Translations under genes and position numbers: made by a program | Shown: piece by piece, positions 51,391 to 64,000 of the stretch | Layout: every line of letters starts with the position of its first letter | How positions within the stretch are numbered: position 1 is the stretch's first letter | DNA from: Octopus bimaculoides | Taxonomy: Eukaryota | Direction of reading: 5' to 3' | Length of the DNA stretch: 64,000 nucleotides | Assembly: GCF_001194135.2 (NCBI RefSeq) | Contig: NC_068984.1 | Coordinates: 23,174,822-23,238,821, forward strand | Notes under the pieces: model-generated | The model's input: only the letters and a program-made list of their open reading frames with translations | Database searches by the model: none | What the model was told of the DNA's origin: nothing

Positions 51391-52023
51391 GATATAGATA
51401 TAGATGTATTTATATATTCATATAGCCATCTAAGAATCCATAACTCAGAAAAAATATGCACTCGTATATTTGTCAATAGAGTTGGTTTATTAATCGAAGT
51501 GTACTGTATTATATATCCGTTACGGCCGATCTTACCAACCAGTTTCGTGCTGGAGATTCAACCGGATATTAGACGTCAGCTCGGTTATGTAACCTTGCAC
51601 TCAACAGAGTTGGAAGTCATAGCAGTTGGCATATTTTCTTCCATAACTGCCAACTTTGACGAGCGCAGAGCTATTGCCTAACATCCAGTTGAACTCCCAT
51701 CGAGAAAGCGATTGGTAAGCTACATGTCTATAAGTCACAGAATCCAGAAAACCAGTCTTATGAACCTATATCTTGGGGAGGACTTTTGATCTTTCTTTAT
51801 ATATATGTGTGTGTGTGTATATTTCTGTGTATATGTACACACACAAACATACACACACATGTATATATATATATATATATATATATNNNNNNNNNNNNNN
51901 NNNNNNNNNNNNNNNNNNNNNNNNNNNNNNNNNNNNNNNNNNNNNNNNNNNNNNNNNNNNNNNNNNNNNNNNNNNNNNNNNNNNNNNNNNNNNNNNNNNN
52001 NNNNNNNNNNNNNNNNNNNNNNN

Positions 52024-52086
<63 letters not shown>

Positions 52087-52715
52087 TTCTCTCTCTCTTC
52101 GATGATAGACTATTTATCTTACGTGGAATTCTTTCCTGAATAACATATGGTCCACATGCTTAGATATTCTAAAATCAGCTGTAAGAGTCTTGGCATATTT
52201 ATTATAACTACTGTACACTATGTATTTATACTATGAATTAAATGTTCTTGAATGATGCCAAATGTTTTGCTTATTCATTATTTATTTTATGTATATCTAC
52301 TCACTTAATGATAAATCACTTCTATCCACCTTTGATAGGATATTTCAGCACCAGATTTTTCAGCTGCCGTTCAAGCCGGAGTTAGTAAACCAAACTGAGT
52401 TTTATTAGTAGACCAAAGTACATACCTATTAGATTACGGCAACTGACGTAAATTGTTTTACATATATCTATATATATGAATAAATGTAAGAACAAGCAAG
52501 TTCAGCAAGTCAATATACAAAAAATATTAAATATGGTTAAAACAAAAAATGTGCATATGTATGCATATAAAGAAGTCCAACTTAGAATATAAATGATATC
52601 AGGAATTGAAGGGGTTAAGTAGGAGTTTTACGAGTCCAACAGCTGTATTTGGTGGGATTGGTGGTCCAAGATAATGATGGTAACTTGATTCCGTAAGAAA
52701 GAAACAAAGAAACAA

Positions 52716-52755
<40 letters not shown>

Positions 52756-54717
52756 AAGAAAGATAGAAAGAAAGAAAGAGAAGGAAGAATGGAGAGAGAG
52801 AAGGAGAGCGTGAGTGTGTTTATTGGCAAAAGTCGTTCGCTCACTCTATAAAAGAACCACTATGTTATTGCTTGATCTGATAGAAATAGCAAGTATCCTT
52901 CAGATTATACCCATCGTCTTCAATTAAAGCAGGACTCATTGGATAACACAGTTTTAGATCTTCACTGAAATGCCTTTCTTCATTGATCAGGATTAACCTG
53001 GAGTCAAGAAACATCAACAGAAACAACACCAACAACAACAACTGCATCAATAGACGTAGCACAGCAGCAGCAGCAGTAGCTGTAGCAGCAGCAGTAGCAG
53101 CTATAACAGTAGCAACGCAATAATATGAAGAAGCTTTTATAAATATTTATTCTTACATGACTTGCTCCAATTTTAGGAATCAATATTTGAAGAATAAAAC
53201 ATCGTATTCGAGATAAAATAAATTGAAATAGCAAAATAAAAAATCATACGATATTGTATTTAAAAAAAAAACATCGTTAAGATTAAATAATAAATTTAAA
53301 ATAAATTCGTTTTATAAACTAGTATTTCATCTTTTTTTTGTCTCTTTTTATCATTAAGCGAAATAACGTAAATGAGATTAAATCGCAGAAAATAAATCAA
53401 TCGGATTATTTACGTATATAATAAAGCAACATTTACACGTGTAACAAACGAGAAATTTCTAAAGACAGCTTATAATTAAGCATCATAGTTATGTGAAGTT
53501 AGAGAAAGAGAGACGAATTGATGTAATGTTATAAGGAAGGAACTCGGTATCGTTGGGTAGATATGCGAATGAGTCGGGTAGCTGTGGTTTGCTTATATAG
53601 AATGAGCCGGGTAGCAGTGGTTTGCGTATATAGAACGCTCGACAGTCGCCTGAAGGGGGAAAAACAAAGAAACAGATGTTCAATATCAATCACATTTCTT
53701 TATTGAATTTTCGATATGTAATGTAAAATGTAAAACCTTTTCTATGATAAAGCCAGTTTACATATTTAAATAAGAAAAGCATGTCAGGAGAGAAGATTAG
53801 TTTTATCATCTTTGTGTATTTAAGATTAATTAATGGGATATTATATAGATTTAATTTTATCTTTTTTTGTTTGTTTGGTTACATGACAATTATTTAAACC
53901 TTTTGTCAGTGAGAAAATACCCATGACTCTTTACAATACCCATGACCCTTTGCAAGGCTTCCAAGACAAGTAGGAAAAGAGGAGGGAGAGAGGAGTGGGA
54001 AAAAGGTATCCTCAAACCAGAGGCGTACTGAAATGCTGCAATAGAGTAATCTCCCTTCCATGTTGATAGATACCGGTTGGCAAATACTATCCAATTAGGC
54101 TATCGAACGCAAAGACCCAGTGCAAATACTGCAAGGTGTACATCCGGTCCGATATTCTTACTGTTTCATGAATTCGTTGCCCTGAAGTGGTAACTTTTTA
54201 TTGACTCTGATATGATGAAAAGCAAAGTTGATCTCGCTGAGATTAGAACTCAGAGCACAGGGAGGATCAGAACAAATACTACAAGGTATTAGAGCCCACG
54301 AGCGAACGACTCTGTCGATTCGCTATTTCAGAGATAGTAGTATAATCAACCGAAGTATTTTAATATATTATATGTACCTCTCTTATTTTAAGCGACTCAA
54401 TGAGTGATAAAAGACAAAGGAAATACTATAAAATGGGAAAAAGATGAAAGTATTCTTCTTCCAAATATAAATTTCTCTTATATTTAGAAAAGAATCTAAT
54501 TTATGCCTGCTTTATATAGCAGATGACCTATGCAATTGAAAAGATAAGGAAGTCGAGAACGTCTTCTCTGGGGAGTGTTCAAACAATCCATGAAACGGTC
54601 TGTTAGGAGACTCATTTTTTTTTCTTTTATTAAAGTAATCCCAGTATTCAACTGCTACTTATTTTATCGATCCTTGACGATGAAACGCAACATTGACACT
54701 GGCTAAGTTTGATAATA

Positions 54718-55123
54718 CAGTACCGTGCAAAAGTCTTCGGCTACTTTAAGCTATTGTANNNNNNNNNNNNNNNNNNNNNNNNNNNNNNNNNNNNNNNNNN
54801 NNNNNNNNNNNNNNNNNNNNNNNNNNNNNNNNNNNNNNNNNNNNNNNNNNNNNNNNNNNNNNNNNNNNNNNNNNNNNNNNNNNNNNNNNNNNNNNNNNNN
54901 NNNNNNNNNNNNNNNNNNNNNNNNNNNNNNNNNNNNNNNNNNNNNNNNNNNNNNNNNNNNNNNNNNNNNNNNNNNNNNNNNNNNNNNNNNNNNNNNNNNN
55001 NNNNNNNNNNNNNNNNNNNNNNNNNNNNNNNNNNNNNNNNNNNNNNNNNNNNNNNNNNNNNNNNNNNNNNNNNNNNNNNNNNNNNNNNNNNNNTTAAATT
55101 GGCCGAAGACGTTTGCACGATTG
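54718..55123. mobile_element. Tc1-type MITE spanning an N-gap
   Basis: ta|cagtaccgtgcaaaagtcttcggc is mirrored by gccgaagacgtttgcacgattg. Confidence 0.55.
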
Positions 55124-55342
55124 TTAAATGCAAAAGTATCTTTTAAATTAATTCTCGATTTAAATCTACCCCAACTAAAAACCTTTCCACCAAGGAACAT
55201 TTACACTTTCTTTTCTTTAATTTTAAACCAGTGGCATTTTTATAAAGTGCTGTTGTTCTCTTTTCATCATCATCATCAGCAGCAGCAGTAGCAGCTGCAG
55301 CTTCTTCTTCTTCTTCTTCTTCTTCTTCTTCTTCTTCTTCTT

Positions 55343-55376
<34 letters not shown>

Positions 55377-55941
55377 AACACCACGTTAACTCTGATCTTC
55401 CACTTGCGATTGTTCCGATTATTTTTTATTAATATCCATGACTACAACGTCCAAGGAATCATTCCTTAAGACTTTAGAGTACGATTTTTGCAGGCGATTT
55501 GACTGATGTTTCTTGCAGGTCGAGTGACGCGTAGAAGGATCCCACATAGGCTTATCTTTATAAGTTAACTCCAAATAGTGAGTTAGTGGTTATGGTTTAC
55601 TCATACCATCCAAGACAGTAAAAGATCGATACTTAGGTACTTCTAAGATGATTCAGAAGACAAGCAAAGTGAGAGTTGCAGAGAAATAGAGAGAATGAGA
55701 CATATTGGGATGAGAAGGAAGAATGATCAATGCATCGAGTTGAGGTAAATTTGAAGAACATGCAGTGAATAATATCAAATAAGCTAGAAGCGCGGGAGCG
55801 GTGATAGAAAAGATAAAGAGAGGGTGCAGAGCGAGGGTAGAACTGTTGGTGATGACAGGTTAACTATTAAAGAGACCTATCTATTTTACGAAGCGGTCTA
55901 GAATGAGTGAATGCATTGTTCTTGCAAGAATTGCTCTAGAT

Positions 55942-56192
55942 CAGTGGTTCTCAACCATTTTCTTAGTATGGATTCCTTTGTTCCTTATTTTTACCTAGGA
56001 GGGTATTCATAACCATTCAATATTTAAAACAAATTCTATATTTTCATGAATAAATATCATTAGGAATTGTATGAAGAAATTAAAATATTTTGTGTATTGT
56101 TGAAGTATACGCAATTTATTGAACTTGAATTTTAACAACAAAATCTCATTTGGACCCCCAAGGGTCATGCGGATCCTGATTAAGAACAACTG
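55942..56192. mobile_element. hAT (Charlie-type) MITE, 251 bp
   Basis: TIR cagtggttctcaac / gattaagaacaactg. Perfect 8-bp TSD ctctagat (55934-55941 and 56193-56200). Confidence 0.85.
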
Positions 56193-56212
56193 CTCTAGAT
56201 TAAGAAGAAATT

Positions 56213-56350
56213 GAAAGCGTGTGGTCTAGTAATTAGGGTGTTGTGCTCACGATTGTAAGATCACGGTTTCGATTCTTGGACCGAATGGTGCTTGCGTTCT
56301 TGAGCAAAACACTTTATTTCACGTTGCCCCAGTCCACTCAGCTGTAAAAC
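56213..56350 (+). mobile_element. tRNA-derived SINE head of a further family
   Basis: gcgtgtggtctagt (A-box-like) and ggtttcgattc (B-box-like), followed by ttgagcaaaacactttatttcacgttgccccagtccactcagctg. Confidence 0.55.
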
Positions 56351-56890
56351 GAGTTCCAAGAGCAGATGAGAAGTTAACATTGCGACAAACCAGCGTTTGT
56401 ACATGGGTGAGTATTGTAATCTCCGTCATTTAAACGATATGGAAACCAGCTTAGTACTCCGGGTTTGTGACTCTTAGAGCTCATGGTAGACCTAAGAGAA
56501 AATTGTGCTCCTATAGAGGGTCAGAAGTCGGTATAAGTTGCAAGGTTTTGTTTTTAACTTCATTCTCTTTACGATATCAAATATGTGATCGTCATAAAAA
56601 AAATATCACAAGAAATTGTAACATCGTGCATTTGTTGAGAGTTAATCATTATAATTACTATATAGGTCTATTGGTCATTAGCATTAAGATTATTCTATTA
56701 GAACAGTCTCAAGGACCGTAATTAATTTCTGAACACTTGTATAAATAGCAGGCAGACGTATTATTTTGCATTACATTGTAAGTATTAATCCTTATTTCAA
56801 GGTCATCAGGTTAGGATTACTGCAGAGTGTATGTGCCTAGGTATTTNNNNNNNNNNTAGGATTACTGCAGAGTGTATGTGCCTAGGTATT

Positions 56891-56921
<31 letters not shown>

Positions 56922-57309
56922 CTGTGTGTCTGTGTGTATTCACTTCCACCCGATGTTTATACATGTTAAACATTAATATTTCAAAAATTTCCCAGAGAAA
57001 CAACAAACGGAAAATTTGACAAAAACACAACAAATGAAATTGAGGAGATATATGTAATATATATACTTGCGTGTGTATGCGTGTATGTGATGTGTGTGCG
57101 TGTGCTTGTGTGTGTGTGTGTGTGAGTGTGTGTGTGTGTGTGCGTGCGCGTCATTGTTCAGTTTTATTTCAAGATTTCGTACCAATAAAGAGCCAGTTTC
57201 TAACCTACTTGGAATTTCACCAACATTAATAGGGTATGTCAGTGCATGTGTAGATTTGTAGCTTTTCTTCTATGTACGTGTTCTTATGCGTATAGTTGCA
57301 TGTTTAGAC

Positions 57310-57340
<31 letters not shown>

Positions 57341-57519
57341 TGTATGTATGTGTGTATGTATGTGTGTATGTCTATATGTATGCATGTGTGTATGTGTGCG
57401 CGTGTATGTATGTATGTTTGTATGTATGTATATATGTATGTATGTATGTATGTATTGATGGATGGATGGATGAATGGATGGATGGATGGATGAATGTGTG
57501 TGTCTTTGTGTCAGTGTTT

Positions 57520-57720
57520 ATCCGCAACCACTGCATGACACCGGTGTTTCTGTGTTTACGTCCCTGTGACATAGGAGTTCGGCAAAAGATACCGATAGAA
57601 TTAGTTACCTGACTTTAAAAATCAAGTACTGGAGTCGATTCGCTCGACAAAACCTCTTTAATGTGATGCCCCAGCATGGCCGCGGTCTAGTGACCAAAAA
57701 CAAGTAAAAAGTAAAAGACG
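57520..57720 (+). mobile_element. Diverged SINE family A-related tail
   Basis: gtgtttacgtccctgtgac...ttcggcaaaaga...ccagcatggccgc...caagtaaaa. Confidence 0.65.
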
Positions 57721-58655
57721 AAAGACAGAAAATATCATGGCTAGTGACGTGTAGTAAGAGAAAATCCCCAGGGCAGACGAATAACTGCATTGATCATCGT
57801 GGAACTCGGGGGAAATCATTTCACTTCTTTACTGCACTCACACTCCTGGGAATCATCATAATCCTCCCACAATCACCCCCAACCCACCCGACCGTCGTAA
57901 GGTATTTTCTTGGCCTTGTACGGACATGAATTAAATATATCTTTCAATCGGTGACCATGGAGAGAAACAACTGGTGTCGCTGGTAAATCAATCAACGAAG
58001 GATTCATTACTGTACAACAAAATCGTGACTAAGTCTTTTGTTTTTCTTTGTTGAATGCTTTACTGGACAGAGGCCAAGAATATAAAGACAAAGAAAAGTA
58101 AGCATGAAAGTAAATAAAATAAAAATATGTAAATAAATAAACAAAAGACGACATTACACCGTTAANNNNNNNNNNNNNNNNNNNNNNNNNNNNNNNNNNN
58201 NNNNNNNNNNNNNNNNNNNNNNNNNNNNNNNNNNNNNNNNNNNNNNNNNNNNNNNNNNNNNNNNNNNNNNNNNNNNNNNNNNNNNNNNNNNNNNNNNNNN
58301 NNNNNNNNNNNNNNNNNNNNNNNNNNNNNNNNNNNNNNNNNNNNNNNNNNNNNNNNNNNNNNNNNNNNNNNNNNNNNNNNNNNNNNNNNNNNNNNNNNNN
58401 NNNNNNNNNNNNNNNNNNNNNNNNNNNNNNNNNNNNNNNNNNNNNNNNNNNNNNNNNNNNNNNNNNNNNNNNNNNNNNNNNNNNNNNNNNNNNNNNNNNN
58501 NNNNNNNNNNNNNNNNNNNNNNNNNNNNNNNNNNNNNNNNNNNNNNNNNNNNNNNNNNNNNNNNNNNNNNNNNNNNNNNNNNNNNNNNNNNNNNNNNNNN
58601 NNNNNNNNNNNNNNNNNNNNNNNNNNNNNNNNNNNNNNNNNNNNNNNNNNNNNNN

Positions 58656-59010
58656 CATTTTTCAACCAGATGGAGCACCGCCTCACTGGCACCAGATGGT
58701 TCGAACTTTTTTTAAATGAAAAAGTGCCCCAGTGATAGATTGGTCGGAAAGGGGCCCCAAGACCTGCGTCTTTGTGCTTGGCCTGCGAGATTCCCAGACC
58801 TTACTGTGTGTGATTTTTTATTGTGGGGGATATGTAAAAGATCGCGTTTATGTTCCACTGCTACCCACTAACCTCGATGACCTTAAACACCGAATAACAA
58901 CAGCGATCCACTCAGTGGATCGTGATATGCTGATATGCGTCTGGGAGGAATTCTCTTATCGCATTGATGCTGCCCGTGCTGCAGGTGGGGGCCACATTGA
59001 ACACTTGTGA
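58656..59010 (+). pseudogene. Tc1/mariner-superfamily transposase catalytic C-terminus
   Basis: FQPDGAPPHW...WPARFPDLTVCDF(F)..GYVKDRVYVPLLPTNLDDLKHRITTAI...GGGHIEHL*. Confidence 0.88.
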
Positions 59011-59049
59011 CTTCGCTGGAGTTTTCTATTGCTTTTCCTTATTAAAACA

Positions 59050-60560
59050 CTATCAAGCGTACCCAGCGTTGCCCGGTGTCGTTAGTTCGAAAAGGCTGAG
59101 AAACAAATAAAGTAATTAACACCCCCTCCCTTAAACACCTTTCACGCTTTATGGCAAGACTAACACCTTAGTAACTCTTAAAGGGAACTGCACGTGTAAT
59201 ATTACGACAACAATCAAGTGAAAAAATAAGCAACAAAAATTATAAAAACAATAACGTAGGACTGAAATTTGGCGCCAGTACGGCAAGTCTACAAAACTTC
59301 CTTGTAAACAACATTTTTAGTCTTCCCCTGGGGGATGAAAGCATGTAAACTGTTCCTACAATCCACTCTTGAGCAGCCAACGTACAGTTGACCGTGTGAA
59401 AAGCATGGTTCGGCTAAGTAAAGTCCAACGACAGACAGCGACTGCCCTTGGGGCTTATTAATAGACATGGCGTAACTGAGTCTAATCGGAAACTGCACTC
59501 TGCGGAATGTGAACGGTAAGTCAGCAGCCGAAGGCACGAGGGGAGTTCGCGGTATGAAGACGTCTTGATCTTTACCACAGACGGTCATAATCGTTGCTTC
59601 AATGATATTGGGAAGTAATTTTGTGATAACAAGGCGTGTATCGTTGCACAACGTCGGTGGATTTAAATTCTTTATTAGCATAACAGGGCTACCTACTTTA
59701 AAAGTAAGAATATGTGGAGGTACACCTGAAGGCTCCAATGTATTCAAAAATTCAGTGGAGTAATCAACTACCTCATCCTGATTGGTAATGGTGTCTACTG
59801 ACTTATAAACTGTCACGTCCCCAGGCAAACGCAGTAAAAATCTGTTGTTGATTGCACTGACCGCAACGTTTTTAGGAGCCAAAATGGCTCTTTGTCAAAG
59901 CCAATCTCGATCTCCGTTGTGGACTTCTAAGCCTAGGAAGACCTGGTCCTGAAGGCTCTGGATAGTACTGGTTATTGTGCAAATGTTACTTATGTCAACA
60001 ACTTCATTTCCGTCTTCTGGAACTTCACCATTGCAAAGAAGGAGAATGTCCCTCGCAAAATCTTCTGAAAATGACTCCTCATGGAGACGCGCTCTCATGT
60101 TGGATTCTAACTGCAAAGTAACAACATAACCCCATAGAAGTGAAGACTTAAGACACGCCATTACTTCATTCGCCCTTGTGCCTTTCGAAATCACTGGCAA
60201 GGTTTGTCTATCTGGATAGCACGACAGTGACATCCCCGCATCGGTTCGTGGCTTTTCTTTGTGTCTCGCAAAGTTCTATCTAATGCCTCAAAGGCACCCT
60301 TGTGATCCATTGTGCATTCATCCCAAACAATCTGCGCGAGCAATTGCCCGTTGTCCAACGTCTTTGAAATGTTGCAAACAGGCGTTGGTGAACTTGCGAG
60401 GTTAAGGGGGAAGCTTAAACGAAGAGTGTGCAGTCGTACCACCAGGGAGCAGAGTAGCAGCTATGCTCGAAGTTGCCACAGCTATTGCGATGCACTTTTG
60501 TAGCCTTACTTTTGCAAGAATGAGTCTAGTTACGAACGTTTTGCCTGTCCCGCCAGGCAA
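59050..60560 (-). mobile_element. Helitron fragment: PIF1-family helicase pseudogene plus 3' terminus
   Basis: Walker A PGGTGKTF (~60541-60558), WDECTM, DRQTLPVI, NMR, and the ORF 59289-59882 ending QFPIRLSYAMSINKPQGQSL...FSHGQLYVGCSRV...TKNVVYKEVL. The 3' end reads ccgggcaacgctgggtac...atag|t (minus strand), a variant of the hairpin+CTAG terminus. Confidence 0.95.
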
Positions 60561-61749
60561 AACGAAAAATAACGAAAAACAACACAAACGAAAACAAACA
60601 GCAAGTGGTAATAAGTAGTACAACGTTACTAAGGCTAGGGAAATGGGGTAACAATAACGATAAGCAAAAATTCAACAGTAGAATAATCTCTGCACAAAAA
60701 AGTGAACCGAAACGTAGGACAGGGAGTACTGAGGTAGAACGCAGCACGGAGGTCCGAAGCGTAAGTGAAGCGTTCGTATAAAAACGTTCAAGTAATGGGA
60801 CCATGAGTCGAAAGAGTACATACTATTGGCTAAAGGCCAACCAACAGGAGGAGCAAAACTGTTCAAGTGAACGTGAAACAGGTGAGTCATGCAGTGGGAG
60901 GAGTTGTAAGTAATTGTAGTAACAATTGCTGAGAAGTGTGGTAATCTGTGATAATCACTGACAGGTGGGGGGTCAGTGTCGATTGTAAGGTGCGGGAGGG
61001 AGAAATTATGTGATTTGTAATAATCACTGATAAGAAGTATGCCTCGGTGTCACCTGACGCTAGGGTGACATTGAGGGTGGGGGAAGGAGACCCGAGTCTA
61101 CTGCAGCAACAATTTGACCTCTTTGAAAGTCCGATAGATCTGTCATTTCAATGAATTTTAATTACCTTTTTTCTGATCATATCTGAAAAGGAACAGCAAT
61201 TTTAGCAAATCATATTAAGCAACACGAATTATAAATCAAAAAACACAAAAATAAACAAGCTTTTATAGATATTTCAAAATAGATATTTCAAAATAATGAT
61301 GCTATGATGCTAGGGGTTTCCATTATCTTGTTCAACCCCTGTAAATGTGACATATTTTAACTTTAACCGTAATTTCATTGCAAAAGTGTTAAAAAAAACA
61401 TCTTTTACCATGAGTGAGAACTTTATCTCCACGGTAAACTGCAATGAAATTGCTTTTAGAAACATCAAGGGCAAGTGATTTTTACTGTCTCTTTGGATGA
61501 TCAGTAACGTATCCGTAGAATAATATAGCCGGAAGCTGTCACGAAAGCCTATCGCATGTATACACCCACCACACACACACACACACAGTTGGGCACCGTC
61601 TGTGAGAAAAATTTACTCGGCATGCTGTACTGTTTGGCATTCGCGCCGGAAGCTCCAATACGAACATTTCAGAGTGTTTGGGTATCAATCTGAGGACAGT
61701 GCAATCTGAAGACGTGTACCGAGAGTAATAGAAATCAAATACCTAGTCA

Positions 61750-62220
61750 ACATCATTGCTTGAAGGAAGTGGTACTGCCCTGGGTAAAGAGGGTGACTGC
61801 TGGAAGACTCTATCTCTGGCGACAGGACTATGCACCATGGCATACAAGCAGGAGAACCCAATCATTGCTGTCAGACAATTTCTGCGACCATATCAGCCTC
61901 TAACATCTGGCCACCTAACTCCCCAAACTGCAACCCCCTTGGTTATTATGTGTGGGGCGCAGTTGAGCGAGAGACCAACAAAACTCCTTGTGACACCAAA
62001 GATGAACTGAAGGCAAGGACTATGGCAGTATTCACCAGCTTAAACAAGTAGACCGTCCAGAAGAGTTGCAAGAGATTCCGAAGTCGTCTGGAGGCCGTGG
62101 TTGAAGTCAATGGCGATTTAGTATTTCAAGATATTATGTTATATATATCTCTGTAAAAATGAGTTGTTTGTGTTATTTTCATTTTTGCGTATTTTAGACA
62201 ATATATTCAGCGCACCCAGT
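61750..62220 (+). pseudogene. Internally deleted Tc1/mariner-superfamily (maT-like) transposase remnant
   Basis: LKEVVLPWVKRVTAGRLYLWRQDYAPWHTSRRTQ...IWPPNSPNCNPLGYYVWGAVERETNK...RFRSRLEAVVEVNG; TIR-like gcgcacccagta at ~62209-62221. Confidence 0.85.
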
Positions 62221-62222
62221 AC

Positions 62223-62258
<36 letters not shown>

Positions 62259-62264
62259 TGTGTG

Positions 62265-62299
<35 letters not shown>

Positions 62300-62548
62300 C
62301 TAGTTTTGTATCGAAAAGCGAAACTTAGCGTTTCGCTAATGTTATACCGATAAACTAGTACCATCGAAATAATTATTAGTTCGATGTGATCATTTAATAC
62401 TTTGATGGGGTGTTCCAGCTTGGACGCAATCTTATAATTAAATAAGAAATGAAAGTTTTCGGCCAGTATAGGCCTATATATATATATATACACACATATT
62501 TTGAGAGAGAGAAAGAAAGAGATAAATAGATATATTGACTTCAATTTT

Positions 62549-62751
62549 TGAGACAAGGTAAGCAGCTTCGGGGGAGGGGGTAAGGCGATAACATTGGACC
62601 CAGTGTTCAATTGGTATTCATTTTATCGACCCCCGCCCGAAGGATAAAGGGAAAACTCGGCCTCACCGGAATTTGAACTCAGAACGTAAAGACAGGTGAA
62701 ATACCGCTAAGCGTTTTACCGGTGTGCTAACGACTCCGCCAGCTCGTCGCC
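62549..62751 (-). mobile_element. SINE family B copy
   Basis: Same head as the 4365 and 5270 copies. Confidence 0.8.
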
Positions 62752-63108
62752 TTTTAGATAGTTAGATATAACAATAATGTATTATAAAAGAGAAATTACG
62801 TAACCATCTTCATTAACTTACAGTTGTTTTGTCTATAAGGACCCGTGAAACCCAGAGTACAAACCCGTGTAGCTTCATCAGAAATATTGCATGAAATATC
62901 TCTTTATTGAAGAAAGTATTTAAATTTACGGTCGTACACAGGTAGACACCACTCATATAATACACTAGATATTAACATAAATTACCAAGGTATACGTAAC
63001 ACGCACATACATATATACATACTTACTTACTTACATACATACATACATACATACATACATGCATACATATATTGGTCATAAATAATATATATATATATNN
63101 NNNNNNNN

Positions 63109-63149
<41 letters not shown>

Positions 63150-64000
63150 TATAAGCATATATATATTCGTGTGCACGCGTGTGTGCGTGATTTTGTTTAG
63201 TGCATTTTGGGTAAAATGCGATGCGCGTTTAAGAGCTCCTCTACATAATGTTATATGGATATGAACGCGGTAACTTGAAGCTGAAGTGAGGTGCAGAAAG
63301 ATTAAGTTTTTCCCTCTCATTTTGCTTTGAAATTGAATTGTTTGCTTAATAACTGTGTTCACCCAGACAGAGAGAAGTAGTCTAATCTTGTAAATAAGCA
63401 GATTACTTAATCGAATCGAACTAGTTATCAATAGCGCAGAGTTAAAATCATTGCTTCCTGGTTACTGTCCTTGACATAAGGATTTAGAAATGACGTGCCT
63501 TTGTGCTAAATCCTTTTTGTCAATATAATTTGCTGGAAGGTTAGAGGCATTATATTGAGTAGCAGTATAATGCTATTTAGTCCAAGGACAACATGGATTG
63601 AGCAAACCAATGATCAGAGCTAAAGCTTTAATGCTCGTCTCGTCTTTCCGAGGACCAGCATGTTCTTTCTGAGACAGTGAGATGTGATTTGAGCAAGATT
63701 TGACTACAATTTCTAGCACGTCGACTGGCCACATAGGATATACCAATTAATCACGTATGAGCTCACACATATAATCACTAATACAGTGTACTGAACCCCA
63801 CCATGTGTTAAGTGAATTAAAGTTATACCAGCAATGATGAATGATTATCTTTAATTCTGGTAAAGAGAAGTAAGGGAAACTAATCCAAAATCCAAACGAA
63901 GTTAGAAATTGAAGGAGCAGCATACTGCAGGATCCCTATTTCGGAAACCTTGAACAAGGTCATTGGCACTACTTTTCCCCTAGTGAATAAGCCATTAAAA

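Noticed and set aside
56213-56285. tRNA gene
   Set aside because: The A/B boxes are degenerate, there is no cloverleaf, and the sequence continues into a SINE body. The same applies to the family A and B heads.
56812-56891. Direct ~34-bp duplication either side of a 10-N gap
   Set aside because: Typical unmerged contig overlap, so an assembly artefact.
16492-58692. Long ORF-track entries of 100-420 aa filled with X
   Set aside because: They are read-through of N-gaps, not coding sequence.
5051-63431. Many ORFs rich in YI, HT, CV, LS or ER dipeptides
   Set aside because: These are translations of (TA)n, (CA)n, (GA)n, (TACA)n and (GATA)n microsatellites.

Overview
AT-rich, microsatellite-dense eukaryotic genomic DNA from a gapped short-read assembly (about 16 N-gaps). 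The SINE families and repeat landscape point to an octopus genome; this is inference from recalled repeat families, not a database match. One host gene is recognisable: the 5' part of a minus-strand SLC34 (NaPi-II, Na+/phosphate cotransporter) gene. It has an acidic/Pro-rich N-terminal exon at 23576-23795, a TM1 exon at 2695-2835 (FLYIFIISLNLLSQAFRLLGGKTAG) joined in phase across a 20.7-kb intron, a probable in-frame upstream exon at 24271-24441, and it continues off the left edge. Everything else is transposon-derived or simple repeat: a decayed Gypsy-like LTR element, three tRNA/RTE-type SINE-like families, RTE- and CR1-like LINE remnants, several Tc1/mariner relics, hAT/Tc1/Kolobok-like MITEs and a Helitron helicase fragment. 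Highlights: (i) a foldback element with ~105-bp TIRs, a perfect 9-bp TSD and telomeric (CCCTAA)n...(TTAGGG)n arrays in chromosome-end polarity, nested in a hAT MITE just upstream of the gene; (ii) a perfect 139-bp-arm palindrome flanked by a target duplication; (iii) a sharp CpG-depletion boundary at ~17.5 kb inside the big intron. Most ORF-track entries are microsatellite or N-gap artefacts.
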